From Oscillospiraceae bacterium (lineage in GTDB: Bacteria; Bacillota; Clostridia; Oscillospirales; CAG-272), in assembly GCA_015064185.1 (NCBI GenBank), contig SVSS01000007.1, positions 1,444-65,443 on the forward strand: a DNA stretch of 64,000 nt, given 5' to 3'. The first letter of the stretch is position 1. Each line of letters opens with the position of its first letter. Under the pieces are notes generated by a model. It was not told where the DNA came from. It worked only from the letters and a program-made list of their open reading frames with translations, and ran no database searches. This document shows, piece after piece, positions 61,178 through 64,000 of the stretch. The position numbers and the translations under genes are program-made.

Positions 61178-61852
61178 TTATTTTCTCGGCAAGCGTGTGG
61201 GAGAAAAGGCAAGCATATCGTTGTAATATGCCATGTAGGGTGCGGTAATATCAACATCGGGCTGATCCTTGATGATGCGATCCATTTCCGCAAGCATCTC
61301 ATCCATGCGCACTGCGTCATCCCCCTCGGCGATCACGCGCGTATAGGAGAGCGTGATGTGGAAGCGGTATTCATCGTGCCCGGGCAGGAAAAGTCCGATC
61401 GCGTTTGCCACTGCGTCACGGTAGTCCTTCAGGATCTTGGCTTGCTCCTCATCGGCAGGCACAAGCAGGATCTTGATGTCGCCTGCATTGAGCATAGCAC
61501 GGTCAAACTTCATGCGCATTTTCTTGGGCATCGGCACGCTTGTTACGGCCTTGGTGATGTAGTCGTCAACCTCTGTCATCGGTGCATCAAAGGCAAGACC
61601 CTCCTTGGGCCAGTGCGTGGGCTTTCTTACCTGATCGTTTACGCCGCGGATCACCGTCATGTGGTAGCTATCTTTCGGCAGCAGGATCTGGTGGCTGTCA
61701 AGCCCCTTGTCGATCACCAGCTGGTGAAGCTTTACCATTACGTCGTAGGCGGGGCAATCGGGGGTGACGTCGGCTACCACGGTGTTGCCGGGGTAGGTGC
61801 GTACGTCGCCGTTTTCGTAAAATTTAGTGCCAATTGCGGATCCGTAAGTCAT
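61178..61852 (-). CDS. DUF1868-like (2H-phosphoesterase-like) protein, tentative
   Basis: GTKFYENGDVRTYPGNTVVADV and two H-x-T-like motifs (YHMTV, FHITLSY) suggest a 2H/DUF1868-type fold. Confidence 0.5.
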   Translation of the reverse strand: MTYGSAIGTKFYENGDVRTYPGNTVVADVTPDCPAYDVMVKLHQLVIDKGLDSHQILLPKDSYHMTVIRGVNDQVRKPTHWPKEGLAFDAPMTEVDDYITKAVTSVPMPKKMRMKFDRAMLNAGDIKILLVPADEEQAKILKDYRDAVANAIGLFLPGHDEYRFHITLSYTRVIAEGDDAVRMDEMLAEMDRIIKDQPDVDITAPYMAYYNDMLAFSPTRLPRK

Positions 61853-61855
61853 AAT

Positions 61856-62707
61856 TTATCCTTTCTGCCAAGCGGGCGTTTCGGGCAGGAGCGTTTCAAA
61901 GTGAGCGATCTTTTCGCTCTCTAGCTTGCCGGCATAGGTGCCGTCAAGGAAGTTGTCCATTACGGTTGCAAATTCAGCCCAGGACTGTGCCTCCTCATCA
62001 GGGCGAATGGGATAGAAGAGCGCGCCGTTTGCCTTAGCGGCATCGCGGTCGCCGGGGGCGTCGCCGATCATGAGCACGTGACTCTCTTCGTAGTCGCCCA
62101 TAAGGGAAGCAATGATCTCCTTCTTAGAGCCGCTCTCCTGACCCTTAACAGCAGTGATGAGGTCAAGCAGGCCATGCTCGCCCCACTCGCGCTCAAGTGC
62201 GAGCTGCTGGGTGGCAGAAACGATAACGATATCGGCAACCTTGGAGATCTTCTCAAGGCATTCTCTTACATGCGGGAAGGGAGGAACGCTGCGTACCATT
62301 TCAGCTACGCGGTCGTTGACATTTACCGACCAAGCAATGGTGTTGCGGATCTCGTCGGATTCGGGATGCTCTGCAAGGTATTCCTCAAGACCTGCGTTCG
62401 AAAGGGGCTTGCCGGCATCCACATAGGCGCGCAGCTCCTTCATTGCGGGCACGGTAAAGCCGCGCTCCTTTACCTCGCGGCGCTCGGCGAGCACCTCAAG
62501 GGATTTCAGAAGCGAGCGCAGGCGGTGAATGCCGCGGTAGCAGGAGTAAAGGTTGGCAAAATCCCACGCATCGCGCGCGTACTTGGATACTGCCTGCAGG
62601 CCAAAGTAATTGATGTAGGCGGGGCAAAAGCACTCCTTGTGCTTGAGCTCCATGGTGTCAAAGGCGCATCCGTCAGAATCGATGCATACCAAAAAACGCT
62701 TGCTCAT
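61856..62707 (-). CDS. HAD-superfamily hydrolase
   Basis: Motif I CIDSDGCAFD and motif IV MIGDAPGD. The ATG at 62707 follows AAGGAG. Confidence 0.7.
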   Translation of the reverse strand: MSKRFLVCIDSDGCAFDTMELKHKECFCPAYINYFGLQAVSKYARDAWDFANLYSCYRGIHRLRSLLKSLEVLAERREVKERGFTVPAMKELRAYVDAGKPLSNAGLEEYLAEHPESDEIRNTIAWSVNVNDRVAEMVRSVPPFPHVRECLEKISKVADIVIVSATQQLALEREWGEHGLLDLITAVKGQESGSKKEIIASLMGDYEESHVLMIGDAPGDRDAAKANGALFYPIRPDEEAQSWAEFATVMDNFLDGTYAGKLESEKIAHFETLLPETPAWQKG

Positions 62708-62717
62708 AATAAGCTCC

Positions 62718-63554
62718 TTACAGTACGTATTTTTCAAAGGCTTGTGCAAGGCCGTCCTCGGTGTTAAGGCCGGTCACCACATCTGCGGCAGCCTTGATAT
62801 TATCGGGTGCATTGCCCATGGCAACGCCAAGGCCGCAATTCTGTAAAATTTCAAAGTCGCTGCTGCTGTCGCCGATCGCCATAGTTTCCTCGTAGGAAAC
62901 ACCGATCTTTCCAAGGATCGCCTCAACAGCAAGAAGCTTGTTCAGGGTCGTGGTCTGGAACTCAAGATTTGCACCGGCACCGGGACGCGTGTGCTTGATA
63001 AAGCCGGTCGCGTTTACTTCATCGTAGATCGATTGCTGAAGCTCTTGGGGAATGCTGTAAAGATTGATTTTTTCAATGCCGATGCCATTCGCTGCAAAAT
63101 GAGCAGAGGGCGATTCTACGGCGGTGTAGCAGTCGTCACGAACGTACCACAGGTGATGCTCGGGCACAGCCTTTACAGAGGTGTTAAAGCCATCAGAAAC
63201 TGCTTTTTCAAAATAAATGGTGGAGTTTGCCGCGATCTCGTTGTAAAGCCCCTTGCCCTCAAGGATCCTCAGAAGCTTGGCAGAATTCTCAGGGGAAATA
63301 AGGTTCTCGTACAAGCTGATGTTCAGCTCCTTGTCATAGGCGCGTGCGCCGTGGCTGGTTACAAAGTATCGCAAGCCCTGTTGCGTGAGGAGCTGGGGCG
63401 GAAGCATGTTGAACACACGTCCCGTGCAGGGGATCACATGCACGCCCTTTTCAATAGCGCGCTGCACAGCGGTCATATTTGCCACGGAAACAGCAACTTG
63501 GCTTCTGCCGCACAGGGTTCCGTCCATATCCATTAAAACGGCCTTGATTTTCAT
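62718..63554 (-). CDS. Cof-type HAD-IIB phosphatase
   Basis: AVLMDMDGTL motif I, AIGDSSSD motif IV, and a Cof-type cap. Confidence 0.88.
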   Translation of the reverse strand: MKIKAVLMDMDGTLCGRSQVAVSVANMTAVQRAIEKGVHVIPCTGRVFNMLPPQLLTQQGLRYFVTSHGARAYDKELNISLYENLISPENSAKLLRILEGKGLYNEIAANSTIYFEKAVSDGFNTSVKAVPEHHLWYVRDDCYTAVESPSAHFAANGIGIEKINLYSIPQELQQSIYDEVNATGFIKHTRPGAGANLEFQTTTLNKLLAVEAILGKIGVSYEETMAIGDSSSDFEILQNCGLGVAMGNAPDNIKAAADVVTGLNTEDGLAQAFEKYVL

Positions 63555-63748
63555 AGTATCTCTCCTTTGAAGTAATTTTTACCATATAATTATATTATAT
63601 TAGAGTGGTTTTGTCAACGCAGTAACGCGTTTTTTTGTTAAAATCTTAGATTTTTAAATTAATTATCAATAATTTTTTGCCGAAAAAAAGAGATTTTCTT
63701 TTTTCTGTCGTATTTTATAAGTATTAAGCAAGAAAAGGAGGGTGAAAC

Positions 63749-64000
63749 ATGTCAATTATCAAGCAAAAGCTTACCGAGCGGGAAAAAAGCACCTTGTCGC
63801 CATATGCATTTTTGTCGGAAAGCACTGCAGGCAGAGAGCACCCTTGCACCGATTGCGATATGCGCACGGATTTTCAGCGCGATCGCGACCGCATCATACA
63901 TAGTCAGTCCTTCCGCCGTCTGATGTATAAAACACAGGTGTTTCTGGCGCCCGCGGGTGATCATTACCGCACGCGCTTAACGCACACGCTTGAGGTTACC
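63749..64000 (+). CDS. dGTP triphosphohydrolase-like HD protein, C-terminus cut by window edge
   Basis: Own translation [21 protein letters not shown]...[25 protein letters not shown]...[25 protein letters not shown]. The minus-strand ORF 63752-63964 in the track was rejected. Confidence 0.85.
   Translation, partial: MSIIKQKLTEREKSTLSPYAFLSESTAGREHPCTDCDMRTDFQRDRDRIIHSQSFRRLMYKTQVFLAPAGDHYRTRLTHTLEVT

Noticed and set aside
63752-63964. 70-aa minus-strand ORF at the right edge
   Set aside because: The plus strand encodes the unmistakable dGTPase N-terminus ([12 protein letters not shown]...[12 protein letters not shown]) with an AAGGAGGG RBS at 63735-63742.

Overview
This 64-kb chromosomal window reads like a spore-forming Firmicute of the Clostridia type. 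Supporting signs are spoIIR, spoIIGA-sigE, T-box and riboswitch leaders, the rpsF-ssb-rpsR cluster, and many near-consensus TTGACA-17-TATAAT promoters. All homology statements come from motif recall and manual reading, with no searches run, and coordinates of non-coding elements may be off by 1-2 nt.

I call 65 protein-coding genes. Starts were re-picked from RBS context where the ORF track over-extends. I also call 4 tRNAs: Thr-UGU and Tyr-GUA on the + strand, Met-CAU and Glu-UUC on the - strand. Three cis-regulatory RNAs are recognisable: a THF riboswitch before folT-folC, a preQ1-I riboswitch before queT, and a Trp T-box before a stand-alone trpB. There is also a probable rpsF leader. I saw no rRNA, CRISPR array, transposase, integrase or reverse transcriptase.

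Most of the window is housekeeping:
- uxaBAC, dxs, hisS, hpf, folC, gpsA, trkAH
- an amino-acid ABC transporter, galE, proC, mtaB, lnt
- ribosomal protein genes, aspartate kinase, hflX

The non-core parts that deserve a second look are:
1. An AT-richer island at 1-6440. It holds an MNT fragment, an XRE regulator and a membrane-anchored NERD nuclease operon with three tiny partner proteins.
2. Three copies of a modular GC-rich multi-hairpin repeat that bracket two orphan membrane-protein genes, plus an odd GTGAAGT-plus-mini-hairpin array.
3. An orphan, translationally coupled three-gene phage tail-fibre/baseplate-like cassette. It has its own promoter and a perfect 14-bp palindrome and sits between queT and gpsA.
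4. Unusual protein architectures: an XRE-FtsK-gamma fusion, an NT5C-guanylate-kinase fusion, a circularly permuted solute-binding protein, and a ThyX-fold protein without the RHRxxS motif.
5. tRNA-linked repeat scars.

None of these is proven to be a new system. The NERD operon and the orphan tail-fibre cassette are my best candidates.
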